From positions 181,350,001-181,414,000 of the forward strand of contig NC_042997.1 of NCBI RefSeq assembly GCF_006345805.1: DNA of 64,000 nucleotides, in the 5' to 3' direction. Numbering within the stretch: position 1 is the first letter of the stretch; each line of letters opens with the position of its first letter. Below are positions 24,417-37,677 of this stretch, in pieces. Made by a program: the position numbers and the translations under genes. Source of the stretch: Octopus sinensis. Its lineage: Eukaryota. The notes below the pieces were generated by a model. That model did no database searches and was not told the DNA's origin. It saw only the letters and a program-made list of their open reading frames with translations.

Positions 24417-25179
24417 TATGTATGTATGCATGCATGCATGTATGTATGTATGCGTGCATGCATGTATGTATGTATGTATGTATGTATGTATGTATGTATG
24501 TATGTATGTATGTATGTATGTATGTATGTATAGGCCTCATTGATCATAAGATTTTGCGTTGTATGATTTCAATCCCCAGCTATATTTAGTACTGCTATTT
24601 GAAAAGTTCTGATTTCAATAAATCCTCGTCCACAGTTTTCTTATTGTCTATTTCGATCTTTAGAATAATCTTCCATTCATGTCATGTCACAGTTGTTTGA
24701 GAGGTCAAGCTTGTAGCTCAACTGACAGGATAATTATTTCAGAGACAATAAGCTGATCAATGTTTATTAATCTTAAAAGTTGATGAACTGGTAAAATCAG
24801 TAACGCGTAGATCATTCGGCTGTATGTCTCTCTCTAGTCTGAGTTCAATACCAGCATAATAGACACTTTCTAGGGGAGATGAAATAAGTATCTGTAAAAT
24901 ACTGGAGTTTATCGAATCAATTACACTCCTTCACCAAAGTTTTTGCATCTTTACCTTTTTTTGAACGACAGATTTAGAAAATAATCTTTTGCAACTAAAC
25001 GCTTTCAAACTTCGGACACTGGTAGAATGTGTCATATAAACCAGCTTTTACTCTTAGCGTTTTTGAGAAAAGCTTATATTTAGGAAGTTATTTCACCTTA
25101 AAGTTGTCGTATTTCGGTAATTTTAACCAATCAATGACGTGTATTCAGATGAATAAAATTCCTGCCGCTGTTTGCCTTT

Positions 25180-26500
25180 TAAAGTTTTCGTCGTATTTTC
25201 TTCACCTCTTCTACATCTGCAAAACGCTTTCCTTTGAGGACTTTTTTCATTCAAGGAAACTAAAAATGTCGCAGGGTGCAAGATCGGGAGGGTGGGTAAG
25301 CAGGATCATGCCATTTTTGGTCAAAAACAGTCTCAAACTCAAGGTGGTGTGCGCATGCGTATTGTTGTGATGAAGCCACCACTCTCCAATTAGTTACAGG
25401 TCGAGGGTTTTCGTCTCACCGCGTCTCGCAAATGCTTCAAAACTGCCAAGTAAAATGTTTGGTTAACTGTTTGACCAGGAAGAACAATATCTGTGAGGAC
25501 AATTCCTTTTGCATCGATGAAACAAATCAGTATCGTCTTAACACTGAACTTCACTTGATGCGCTTTTTGTGCGCGTAGTGATATTGAATGCGCCCATTGA
25601 CTTGATTGCTACTTCGATTCCGGGTCGTAACCATAGCACCACCTTTCGTCACCAGTGATGACCTTTGAATAAAGATCTGGATCAACTTCCAACTGTTCTT
25701 TCAGCTCACGACACGCAATCAGTCGTGACTACTTTTGATCTACCGTTTTGTTGTTTGTTGTTTGTTCCTACTCGAGTCATGCCTGGCTCATAAAGGCCGG
25801 TTTCCCGGTTTCTTGGCGTATAGGTTCCCCACCTGAGCGGGACGCCGGTCCGTCGCAGGTGAGCTGCAAGATGCAGGAGAAAAGAGTGAGAGAAAGTTGT
25901 GGCGAAAGAGTCAGCAGAAGTTCGCCATTACCTTCTGCCGGAGCCGCGTGGAGCTTAGGTGTTTCGCTCATAAACACACACATCGCCCGGTCTGAGATTC
26001 GAACCCGCGATCCCCCGACTGCGAGTCCGCTGTTCTAACCACTAGGCCATGTATCTCCACACTTTGATCTTCTGTGAACAAGCGAGGTACAAATTTTACT
26101 GCAACTCTTTTCATTCGCAATTCTCTACTCAAAATTCGTTGGCAGGAGCTCCAGGACACACCATTCATATTAACAAATTTATCAGTTGGTCGGCGACGGT
26201 CCTCCAAGATTGGTTCATGAATTTTCATGATTTTTTTCATTCCTACGGCAGGTCGACGGTCACCCTGAATGAGGTTGGTCTTCAAGCGACGAGTGACCAT
26301 TCCTAGAGCGTGAAAACCACTTGTTAACTTGTGTTTTCTTCATGGCAGCGTCCTAATAATCTATTTGAAGAGTGACAACTGTTTCGGCCGCCCTTTTCCC
26401 CAGCAGAAAAAGGGAATTTCACGGAAGCACGCTGTTCCTTCGTATCAGCCATCGCAAAAATCGACGAACAGGGGAGAAGCACTGCAAAACAAAGACGCGG
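25180..26500 (-). pseudogene. mariner transposase pseudogene interrupted by a SINE
   Basis: MADTKEQRASVKF...KRVAVKFVPRL, then the SINE, then ITGDERWCYGYDPESK...PPDLAPCD-like motif, with stops and frameshifts. Confidence 0.9.
25742..26060 (-). mobile_element. SINE family C, tail type 2, inserted in mariner
   Basis: Matches the 20906 copy; tttgatct is repeated at both flanks. Confidence 0.9.
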
Positions 26501-26782
26501 CATGTGACTGCGACCGTAGACCATAACACTGGTCGGCAGACTGATGCCTGAGGGTCTCATCAAGTGGCTTCTTGCGGCGGAAGCTTGAACTACTACTACC
26601 AAATCTATTCACAAAACTTTGGTCGGCCCGAGGCTATAGTTAAAGATACTTGTCCAAGGTGCCATGCAGTAGTACTGGACCTGGAACCTGGAACCACGTG
26701 GTTGGAGAGCAAGCTTCGTACATTAACATATATCGTCCGACATTCTAATGATTCAATTAGTATATTGCTATAATAATGATAG

Positions 26783-26878
<96 letters not shown>

Positions 26879-26880
<2 letters not shown>

Positions 26881-27251
26881 CTTTCTAATTGATGTATCAA
26901 TACCAGCAGATGACATCGTGTCTCTAAAAGAAATGGAGAAACTTTCAAAATACAAAGACCTGGAAATAGAGGTAACCAGAATGTGGAATCTAAAAACAGA
27001 AACAATTCCTATCATAGTAGGTGCATTAGGCATGATAAAAACATATTTAGACAAATACATAACAAAAACACCAGGACTTACAAACAAATATAACATACAG
27101 AAAATTGCACTGCTAGGCACTGCACACATCCTACGCAGAACACTTTCCATACAATAACCATCAGAGCATCACAACAAATCACAGCACATACCTAAGGCAC
27201 ACAGAGCTGCGCTCGGTAGTGAAGTGAAAGCACGCTATAAAAATAAAACTA

Positions 27252-27328
<77 letters not shown>
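26879..27328 (+). mobile_element. R4/Dong-like LINE 3' end, family 1
   Basis: Near-identical to 12064-12450; bounded by (TAA)n on both sides. Confidence 0.9.
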
Positions 27329-27330
<2 letters not shown>

Positions 27331-27860
27331 GCTTCTGATCTTAACTGACTGGAAGTGTTATCATGTACATTGTTTTGTCTTGGTATAAAAGATGGGCTAC
27401 AGCAAATATTCTGCTCAATACTACAGATTTGCTTGTCAGTTGTTTGACCGTAACCAGTTGAGCACGTCCCCTAGTGGCTGACGATATGTGCATCTCTGAT
27501 CACGAGCAGAAGTAGTGGGGGAGCATCATAGCCATGTGTTGAGAGGGATTCTTTGGGGTTTGAATAATTCACCTCTGGAAACATGGGTGGTTCTTTCAAC
27601 ATCCTTAAACAACCCTTATTCAGGGACCTTTTGAGCGGGATGGGTTACCCAACGTGAAAAAAATTCTAACTGGGCCCCACCTGCAAGGTCACGTGCTGTT
27701 TATTTTGATATGAGATCACCATGTCGCGCACATATGGTTGTGATGCATGTGCCTGGTGTACCCTTATCAGACGGGTAGTCATGATGGGTATACTGGGCTT
27801 CGTATATTTTACCCCAGTGTCACTTTGATGGCATGAACTGCTCTCTCACTCAATAATAAT
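27329..27860 (+). mobile_element. (TAA)n-bounded repeat family 4 (probable LINE/SINE 3' portion)
   Basis: Starts after (TAA)n and ends ctctctcactcaataataat; its last about 110 bp recur at 11108-11220. Confidence 0.65.
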
Positions 27861-28077
27861 AATAGCTTTGGCACAAAGCCAGATATTGGAGCGATGGGAA
27901 TGTGGCGTAATATATAGTCGCGACGTAATCGACTCGCAGAACTAGACCCATTTTTGTTTAATCCACTGTGGAAGTATAAATGGACAAAAATTACCCCTAC
28001 CGGGAATTTGAACTCAGAACATAAAAAAGACATAACGATTTATTTCGCAATTCATTCGGTTTTTAGCACTGAATAAA

Positions 28078-28472
28078 TCTTAATATATAAAAGTCAAGTT
28101 GTGTGTCTGTCTCCTACGATTTAGATTCCTAACTACCCCCACATTTTGCGGTGCAGTTTAACCAAAACCGGGTATCTTAGAGTCGTGATTCATATCATGC
28201 CCTTCTGGGTATTAGCGCGCGTCTACGATGAGTCTACGATTTTAAAAAAATTTACCATCATGTTTTCCATTTTAATGCATTTTTTGCTATTATATAAGGG
28301 AAGTAACTCTCTAAAAATGTCTACGATGAGTCAACGATTTAAAAAGAAATTTACCATCATTTTTTTTCCATTTTTAATGCATTTTTTTGCTATTTTTTGG
28401 CTATAACTCTCTAAAAATGTTTATATAGTTGTTTCCCTTACAAACCCGAGCAACGCCGGGCGATACTGCAAG
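28078..28472 (+). mobile_element. Non-autonomous Helitron
   Basis: A|TC start (tcttaatatataaaag...gtgtgtctgtc), 3' cccgagcaacgccggg hairpin, then CAAG|T (degenerate CTAG), with an internal about 95-bp tandem duplication. Confidence 0.8.
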
Positions 28473-28844
28473 TATCATATAAATATATAACAAAATGATG
28501 AACTTCCAGCGTTACATTGATACTCTAAATTTGTCCAAACTGTGTGTGTGCGTGCGTATGTGTGTGTGTGTTCTTTTTTTTTTTTTTTTTTTGGTATTTC
28601 CGCGTAATGGATGCTTTTGAATTGTGCTGAAAAGAGAGAGCAGCTCTCTCTCTCTCTCTAGAAAATGGATTACAGCATCAGTTTAAGGTCAACTTTATTA
28701 TTGCTATAGTGTGTTATGTGTCGGTAGGAACAGCAAGACAATTGATCTCTTGCCAGTAGCTATTTCGGGGAACGTGGAACCAGGGGGAAAAAAACCGTCC
28801 TGTTCCTCTCTCTCTCTCTCTCTACTCATAAAATAACATCATAA

Positions 28845-28851
28845 TCATCAC

Positions 28852-28911
<60 letters not shown>

Positions 28912-29041
28912 CCTCCTCATCATCATCATCATCATCACCAACATCGTCATCATCATCATCACCATCATCATCATCTCTCTCTCTTTTCCTCTCTATTTTC
29001 TCTCTCCCCTCCTTCTCCACCCTCCACCTCTTTTCTCTGCT

Positions 29042-29105
<64 letters not shown>

Positions 29106-29153
29106 GATATATACATATATATTATATATATATATATATATGTATATATATGC

Positions 29154-29188
<35 letters not shown>

Positions 29189-29584
29189 CATATATATATA
29201 TATATACATATATTTGTGTGTGTCTGTGTATGCCTGTGTGTCTATGTGCACACCTGCGTGTATGTATGCTTATGTGTCTATATATACATGTATACACACA
29301 CACACACACACTTTGTAATGTGTGTGTCTTTCGATCTACGAGTGTACTTACAAACGCGCCCATTCGTACACACACAGAACAGGCACACGCGGACGTATAT
29401 AGATGTGACAAGGATGAAGACCAAGTTCGGTGTCGATGATGAGGATAACGAAGAGGAAGGGACAACATCACAACGATTATGATGATGGGAGAAAATATAA
29501 TGAATACGAGAACGATAACAATGGTGATGATGCCTACGACGACTACGGCTGTGATGATGATGATGATGGTGGTCGTGGTGGTGA

Positions 29585-29618
<34 letters not shown>

Positions 29619-29692
29619 GGTGGTGGTGGTGGTGGTGACGATGGTGATGATCATGATCATGATGATCATGATGATCATGATCATGATGATGG

Positions 29693-29744
<52 letters not shown>

Positions 29745-29857
29745 GGTGGTGGTGGTGGTGGTGGTGGTGATGATGATCATGATGATGGTGATGGTGATGG
29801 TGATGATCATGATGATCATGATGGTGATGATGATGGTGATGATGACGACGACGACGG

Positions 29858-29888
<31 letters not shown>

Positions 29889-30359
29889 AGTTTTGGTGGT
29901 GGTGGTTGTGGTGGTGGTGGTGGTTGTGGTGGTGGTGGTGGTGGTGGTGGTGAGGAGGATGAGGAGGATGAGGAGGTGAAGTTGAAGAGGGAGTACGAGG
30001 AGGAACACAAGGAGTACGCGAATGAGGACAAGGACTACGAGGAATAGAGTAGGAGGGGGTGAAGAGGGAGGGAAGAGATGAAGGGGGGTCACGTGTTGAT
30101 ATGGGGCGATGGTGATGAATGTGGTGGCAGCAATGGCGGTGTTTGTTGTAGTGATGGTGCTGGTGGTGGTGGTGCTGAAAGGTGTTGCTAATGAAGCAGA
30201 TATTGATGATACGGTTGACGTTGATGTTCATTGTTGCTAATGACGTTGAGAACATTCCAGTTATTGCGGGTTTACGATAATGAAGATATTGATAAGGAAG
30301 ATGAATGATGATGAATGATGACGACGACGACGACGACGACGATGATGATGATGATGATG

Positions 30360-30409
<50 letters not shown>

Positions 30410-30411
30410 GG

Positions 30412-30460
<49 letters not shown>

Positions 30461-30531
30461 GATGATGATGATGATGGTGATGATGATGGTGATGATGATG
30501 GTGATGATGGTGATGGTGATGGTGATGATGG

Positions 30532-30569
<38 letters not shown>

Positions 30570-30580
30570 GTGATGATGAA

Positions 30581-30613
<33 letters not shown>

Positions 30614-30782
30614 CGAACGGTGTTGCTAATGATGCTGACATTGATGATGAGGTTGACATCGATACTGTCGTTGCTAATGACGATGAGAACATTACAATTT
30701 TTTTACAACTAACGATAATGAAGATATTGATAAGTATGACGACGACGACGACGACGATGACGGCGATGACGACGACGACGAC

Positions 30783-30820
<38 letters not shown>

Positions 30821-31030
30821 CGATGATCATGATCATGATAATGGTGATAATGGTGATAATGGTAGTGATGGTGACAATCGCAGTGATGATGATGTGGAAG
30901 TTGAGGAAGGAAGGTGAAATGTAAAAGGAAGAGGAGGAGGATGAGAGTCGATGTTATGATGTAAATGGTGACGGTGGGGGTTCTGTTCTTGCGTGGCTGT
31001 TTCTCCAGAAGGTTGTTGTCGATATCAACC
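28845..31030. repeat. Large trinucleotide low-complexity field ((CAT)n, (GAT)n, (GGT)n, (GAC)n) with interspersed (TA)n
   Basis: Seen directly; includes a diverged 115-bp duplication (30182-30296, 30620-30734). Confidence 0.95.
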
Positions 31031-31258
31031 AATTACTCCCGGAGGTATTGTTTGATATATATGTGTGAATGTGTGTTAGACGACGCTACATAATCATGAA
31101 TAATGTCTTTCTTTCGCCAAAGTCTGACGACTGTAGCCGACAAAAGTTCATCGACGCTAAGTAGACAGACAGACAGACAGACAGACACGTTTACATACGT
31201 ACATAGAAAGCGACTTTTTCTCTATTGGCAAGAAATCTTGAAATAAAACTGAAAAAGG

Positions 31259-31327
<69 letters not shown>

Positions 31328-31334
31328 ATATAAT

Positions 31335-31468
<134 letters not shown>

Positions 31469-31787
31469 GTAGATATACAAAATACAACCTTCATATTCGC
31501 GTTTTAGGTGACGCAGTGTTGGCAGTTCTGGCTTTATTCGTTAGTCAATTATTACCATAGAATTTTGTCCGTTTGTGAAGTGAGAGGTAAATATTCCAAA
31601 TAATGGTTCTGTGGGCATTGTCTTTTGTTCTAGTTAATTTCCTCTGCCAACAAAAGACTTTGCTTAGCCTAAAATATCTCTGTTTCATCTCACCTTTCCA
31701 ATTCATCGCAGGACATGAAAACTTGCATCCGTGAACCAACAAAGCTTTTACGTAACAGTAATCAGATTCAAATGTGTAACGAAATGT

Positions 31788-31828
<41 letters not shown>

Positions 31829-32124
31829 TTCATGTGTGTATGTGTGTGTGTGCCATGTCTTTCCTGAAGTTGTTGATTTACCAAGGTCGAGGATTGTTAA
31901 TGGGATCAACCTCCCCGTCTTCAAGGACCTACGATATCTAAGGGCACTGCTTTGTCCTTCAAACCCGACAAATATAGATTTATATAGAAAACACATTCCA
32001 GATTCATTTTTCTCTTTTTTTTTTTCAATAGTATTTTTAATGCTCGTGTCTCTATTCTGGTGATTAACGTTGCTCTTGTTTAGACTCAGAACAAATTACT
32101 CTGTGTCTAAGCTCTGTCCTAACA

Positions 32125-32453
32125 GACTAAAGGGTAAAGACCCCCTTAGGTCATGAATGACCATGGGATTGCACCTAGAAAGTTACCCTCCTAGACACAA
32201 GTCCGGGCAAGGTTGTTTATGGAAGACCAGCAGTCGCCCATGCATACCAGCCTCCCCTCTCCACGCCACCAGTGTTATCCAAGGGAAAGGCAAAGGTCGA
32301 TACAGCTTGGCATCAGTGACGTCGCAACTCATTTCTACAGCTGAGTGAACTGGAGCAACATGAAATAAAGTGCCTTGCTCAAGAACACAACACGCAGCCC
32401 GGTCCGGGATTCGAGCTCACAACCTCACGCTCTAACCACTGAGCCATGCGCCT
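32125..32453 (-). mobile_element. SINE family E (CORE-like head shared with D, different tail)
   Basis: Minus: ggcgcatggctcagtggttag...gctcgaatcccggaccggg...tgtgttcttgagcaaggcac. Confidence 0.82.
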
Positions 32454-33117
32454 AGACTAATGAAATTATAAAAGAATCACCATTCATGCTATCCCGCATT
32501 TATTTTTATATGTCATGGATTATTTTCACCAATATATTTTCTTTATTTAAAATGGCATGCCGCGTGGTTTGAGAAGTTATCTTCTATTTGTAACAAATCG
32601 AGAGACCTCATTAACCTCCGTTTCTTTGGCTCGCGATATTCCCGCTGATTATCGTTATCTTTCTTCGTAAAAGTTAGCAGCAGTACAGTAGCCACATGAT
32701 CAAAGGAAGATTCATCTCTCGTATGTTTTGAATTACACAAGCTGGAGTTGAGCACTAGCCCTGCGGCAGCTCGCTTTTCGAGGATGAATTAACGATATTA
32801 CTATGTTCTGTTTAAATCAATACATGATGCTGTAGAAGAGCAAATGATTAGTTCCTCCCAAGTCCAGTCGACGATGATCCGATCTTGATTATTGATTATC
32901 GATTGACGAAAATTCACTTCGCTTATGTTATTAGCTCTCTCGTGGAAAATTATAAATGTCACACTATCCATATTCCTGTCATCATTGTCTACGTTATCAT
33001 CGTTGTTGTCGTTATCATCGTTGCTGTCGACGCTGCCGTGACTACCTTTGCTGCGGTCGCTGCAGCCGTTACCGCCGCCGCAGACGTTGTTGCCGCCGCA
33101 GCCGTTGTTGCCGCTGT

Positions 33118-33491
33118 TGCTGTTGAGCGAACGGTTTTCGTCCCAGAGCTCGCAAGATGGGAGAAGTCCGAAACGTGGTCCTTTGCTATTCGTAAGACCC
33201 GCAGAAGAAAAAGCAGGTCAACCTCCGACACTGAGAGCATCGACGGATGGATGAATGCGCATCCAGGTTCAGCGGTTGCGTAGGAAGTCGGGGACAAGAA
33301 ACAGGAAGAAAGAGTGAGAGAAAGTTGGGGCGAAAGAGTACAACAGGGGTCGCAACCATCTCCTGCCGGAGCCTCGTGGAGCTTTAGGTGTTTTCGCTCA
33401 ATAAACACACACAACGCCTGGTCTGGGAATCGAAACCGCGATCCTCCGACCGCGAGTCCGCTGCCCTAACCACTGGGCCATTGCTCCTCCA
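33118..33491 (-). mobile_element. SINE family C, tail type 3
   Basis: Head and core as at 20906, with an unrelated about 170-bp tail. Confidence 0.85.
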
Positions 33492-33892
33492 TGCCGCTGC
33501 TGCTACTGTTGTGCTTATCCTTAGGTCACCCTTGATCTAACAGTACTATGATAAAAAATAAAAGTTCCAGTCATGACTGTCCTAACTGTTATTTTTTGAA
33601 TGCCGCGCGGCCATGTAGAGTTTTCCATCGCGAAGGACCATCATTGACCTATCCACATTGTTGATAGCGTCTTTTGTTCTTCCATAGCTGCTAAAATAAA
33701 TGTCAGGCACGAACTGGACTGATTACAAGTCTCTAAGGTTCAAGTCAGGGCTTTAATGTCTTTACGATGATGAAAGCGATAAGGGATTATTTGTACGATT
33801 CGAGTGAAATACATATCACATGGGATTTTTTTACCCCCGAAAACTCTGGATTTTCGGTTTTCCCGAATTTGTTTATATTCTTCATCGATATT

Positions 33893-34285
33893 ATTCATGG
33901 CTGTGTGATTGAGAAGCTTGCGCGCAAACACATGGTTTCAGGTTCAATCCCACTGCGTGGCACTCTGGACAAGTGTCTTCTACTATAGCTTCGACCAATA
34001 CCTTGTGACTGAATTTAATAAACGGAAACTGTGCAGACGTCCGTCATAAGTATGTGTGCGTGTTTGTGTGCTCTTGTGTTCGTGTTTATCTCCCTCGCCG
34101 CTTTACGACTGTTGTTGGTTTGTTTTCGTCCCAGTAAATTAGCAGTTCGGCAGCTGAAACCAATAGAATAAGTTCCGTACTTGAAAAAAATAATTAAATA
34201 TAAGGCTCGATTTGTTTGACTATATCCTCCCAGGCGGTGCCCCAGTATAGCCGCAGTTCAAAGACTGAAACAAAAAATAAAAGAT
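33893..34285 (+). mobile_element. SINE family B, diverged full-length copy
   Basis: Head, core, short internal TG tract and tail gactgaaacaaaaaataaaaga. Confidence 0.8.
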
Positions 34286-34726
34286 AAATGCTACATATAT
34301 TTACTTAGTCACATATATTCAGACACACATGTAGATAAGCAATCTGCATTGTTTTCATCAGCTAAATTTCACAGACAAAACACTGGTCAAACAGAGGTCA
34401 TGCAAGAAGATACCTGCCTAGAGTGCCGCTCAGTGCGATCGAAATCTGAAAGATTTGGTTCAGAAGTGAACTTCTTAACAAAATTGTGTCTGCGATAGCT
34501 CGTACTGGTCTACATCAGCATGAATTACGCAATGATGTTCATAACTTCGGCTATTTTGGCTATGTTTGAAGCGATGGAAGAAAAGAGGAATCAGATATTC
34601 GGAATTGAGACTTCATTTGAGAAGACAAAATGAGAACTATCGTGTGTGGGGAGGGAGGGGTGATGCATCTATGTGTGGGGATGGGGGTGTATATATATAA
34701 TTTAATATGTAATATAATATAGTATA

Positions 34727-34769
<43 letters not shown>

Positions 34770-34771
<2 letters not shown>

Positions 34772-34995
34772 TTCACACACTACCGTGTGTGAATAACATT
34801 CTTAAGGTCAGCATTTACTCACTCGCGACCAATTCTAGGCTTTGTCACTAACTCAGTTTTTAACCAAATTTAGATTAGTCATATCATAAGCTACATTTAG
34901 AGCTAAAACATTTGAAAATTGGTTCAGTAGAAAAACCGTTTGAGTCAAATATGCGACATCACAAACGCGAGAATGACTCCTGAAATCGACTTTGA
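34770..34995. repeat. Dispersed repeat copy 1 (partner at 36472-36709)
   Basis: Starts with a cattcacac...gtgtgaat hairpin; clearly alignable to 36472-36709. Confidence 0.75.
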
Positions 34996-35241
34996 GTCCA
35001 AATATTTCTTTTAAATAAATCTATATTTTATTTTAGCTTAAATGATAGATCTCGACGACAGGAATCTATCCATGTTAATTATATGCAAAAATATTCAGTA
35101 GAAAAAAAGTACTGAGATAAAAACTGGCGAATGAAGGAGATTAACGCCTGAAATCGACTTTGACACCTAATATCATTCTTCTGTCAATAGAAAAGTATAT
35201 TTTCTGATAGATATCAACTATAGGAATCCCATAATGCTAAT

Positions 35242-35292
<51 letters not shown>

Positions 35293-35305
35293 ATATATAT
35301 TATAT

Positions 35306-35612
35306 TATATTAATTAGAGAAAAAACCACTATTAGGCAAATCAAACAATGAAAAACTTAAGCCAATACATAAGATTATTTAATTTATATTATTTAAATAT
35401 ATAACAAAATTATTAAAAAAATATAATTAATATCACACTACGATCGTTTCATGGCTGCTAACTCCTTCAAATTTTCAAGTCACACTCATTCATCAGGTGG
35501 TTTAAATGGTTTTGTCTCTAATTTAATATAATATAATATTTTACTATAAAATTGGATTCAATCCTAAATCTGATTTTTCCCTGTAAGTTTGGATTTATTC
35601 CCTAATATTTAT

Positions 35613-35615
<3 letters not shown>
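35306..35615 (-). mobile_element. Non-coding (TA)n-embedded unit carrying a hammerhead (non-autonomous PLE-like)
   Basis: About 310-bp AT-rich island between two (TA)n tracts, containing the HHR below. Confidence 0.65.
35436..35499 (-). ncRNA. Minimal type I hammerhead ribozyme
   Basis: Minus: cac-CUGAUGA-aug...cau-GAA-ACGAUCGU-A-gug. All core nucleotides present, 3-bp stems I and II, palindromic stem III, GUA cleavage triplet. Confidence 0.82.
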
Positions 35616-35648
<33 letters not shown>

Positions 35649-36205
35649 ATATAATATATATATATATAATATATATATATATATAAAATTAAATAAAATA
35701 AAATCTACTTGGGCCGAAAACAGTGGTAACGCCTAAAAGGAAATTCAAATCCAATCATTTTGTTTTTATGTAAAAATTTTGTAAGAATATGATAGAACCC
35801 ATCAAGACGAGTGTCGTGGTGCTAATCTTTTCAAAAAATATTCTAAATGAAAAAAGTTATTATGTAAGCTAAATATGCCAAAAGTACGTAAAACAATTTT
35901 CAAGTAATATTATTACTTATAGTATTAACACGCAGGGTGAAAGCTTCGCAGAATTTCCTATCTGTACATTCTGAGTTCAAATTCTTCCAAGGTCGTGTTT
36001 TACTTTTATCTTTTCGGTACACACTAACATGAGTATCAGCTGAGCACTGAGGTCGATGTAATCAACTTCCCTCCCCTCTGGATTTGATGGCCTTCTACCA
36101 AAATTGGAAGCCAATATTGTAAAATGATTCAATTCAGTATTTAGATATTTTTCAAAGATCTACCTCATATTCGTAGAATACACGATATTGCAATACTTGC
36201 AATAC

Positions 36206-36438
36206 AAGGCGGCGAGCTGGCAGAAACGTTAGCACGCCGGGCGAAATGTGTAGCCGTGTTTCGTCTGCCGCTACGTTCTGAGTTCAAATTCCGCCGAGGT
36301 CGACTTTGCCTTTCATCCTTTCAGGGTCGATTAAATAAGTACCAGTTACGCACTGGGGTCGATGTAATTGACTTAATCCCTTTGTCTGTCCTTGTTTGTC
36401 CCCTCTATGTTTAGCCCCCTGTGGGCAATAAAGAAATA
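36206..36438 (+). mobile_element. SINE family A, full length with TSD-like flanks
   Basis: 18-bp gatattgcaatacttgca at 36184-36201 and 36439-36456. Confidence 0.93.
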
Positions 36439-36471
36439 GATATTGCAATACTTGCATAATCTAATAAATAA

Positions 36472-36709
36472 CATTCACACATGGCAATGTGTGAATAAAA
36501 TTCTTAAGGTCAATATTTATTCACTCGCGGCTACTTCTAGGCCTTATCACAATTCAGTTTTTTTTTACCAAATTTAATAATGTTTATACATTTTTAGATT
36601 GGTCACCCCCTAAGCTACATTTTGAGCTACAAAATTTGAAATTTGGTTCAGTAGAAAAAAAGTTGAGATTTCAAATATGTGAAGAGAATAACGCCTGAAA
36701 TCGACTTCA
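36472..36709. repeat. Dispersed repeat copy 2 (partner of 34770-34995)
   Basis: Alignable by eye at roughly 75-80% identity. Confidence 0.75.
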
Positions 36710-37435
36710 GATATACACATGCGATGCTGCATACATATTTTCGTAAACACACACACACACGCACACGCACACATGCACATTCACATAAGTAACTTTTAAA
36801 ATGCCCATGAAGAGAAACAAAGGTGTGAGGAATACGTAGCTATAAGGAGAGAGGGGATAAGATGACAACAATCATAATTTTAATTCCATAAAAAAATTGA
36901 AAAAATTGAAAACTAGAAAATTAGAGCTTTAAACAAAAAATTAAATATAAACATGGCTCATGAATTTCAAAAGAAAAATCTTAAAAGAAAGTTTTAAAAA
37001 ATACATTCTTTAATAATTTTTTGGTATTTTTTCATAGATGAGCTCGAAATCGGTTTATGGAAAGTGGATTATATTTTATTTATAGAAATTGCCGTTTTAA
37101 ATTGGTTTATGAAAATTGGATTATAATATGGAATTTTAGCATATATATGAAAACTTCATTTAAAAAAAAATTATTCCTCAAAATTTAATGATACAATATT
37201 GTTATTGTTTCTTTTTTCAATGAGCAGATCTGAAGGATTCTAGTAATGCCGTTCAGAAAAAGCAAAAGAGCAGGTGGCTCCACGTGCCTTACGGTGGATG
37301 CATTGGCTATTTTGTATTCTTAAAATCATTTTTATATTAGCCACTGCAACGAAACCCTGTCCAGATAACTTTTTCTTATTTTTAGAATTTAAGAAAAAAT
37401 ATGTGAAAATTAAAAAACAAAACATAAAATTCTTA

Positions 37436-37577
37436 TTTTATTTCTTTATTGCCCACAAGGGGCTAAACACAGAGGAAGACAAACAAGGACAGACAAAGGG
37501 ATTAAATCGATTAGATCGACCCCGGTGCGTAACTGGTACTTAATTTACGAACCCCGAATAGATGAAAGGCAAAGTTG
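37436..37577 (-). mobile_element. SINE family A, cut by the assembly gap
   Basis: Tail and core present up to the N run. Confidence 0.88.
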
Positions 37578-37677
37578 NNNNNNNNNNNNNNNNNNNNNNN
37601 NNNNNNNNNNNNNNNNNNNNNNNNNNNNNNNNNNNNNNNNNNNNNNNNNNNNNNNNNNNNNNNNNNNNNNNNNNNNN
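37578..37677. other. Assembly gap (100 N)
   Basis: Seen directly; the round length suggests unknown true size. Confidence 0.99.

Noticed and set aside
28971-30836. His-rich, Thr/Ile-rich and Met-rich ORFs of 100-370 aa
   Set aside because: Alternative frames of (CAT)n/(GAT)n/(GGT)n; open in most frames on both strands.
32543-32755. 70-aa ORF with a KKRR basic patch
   Set aside because: Short, with no domain or splice support.
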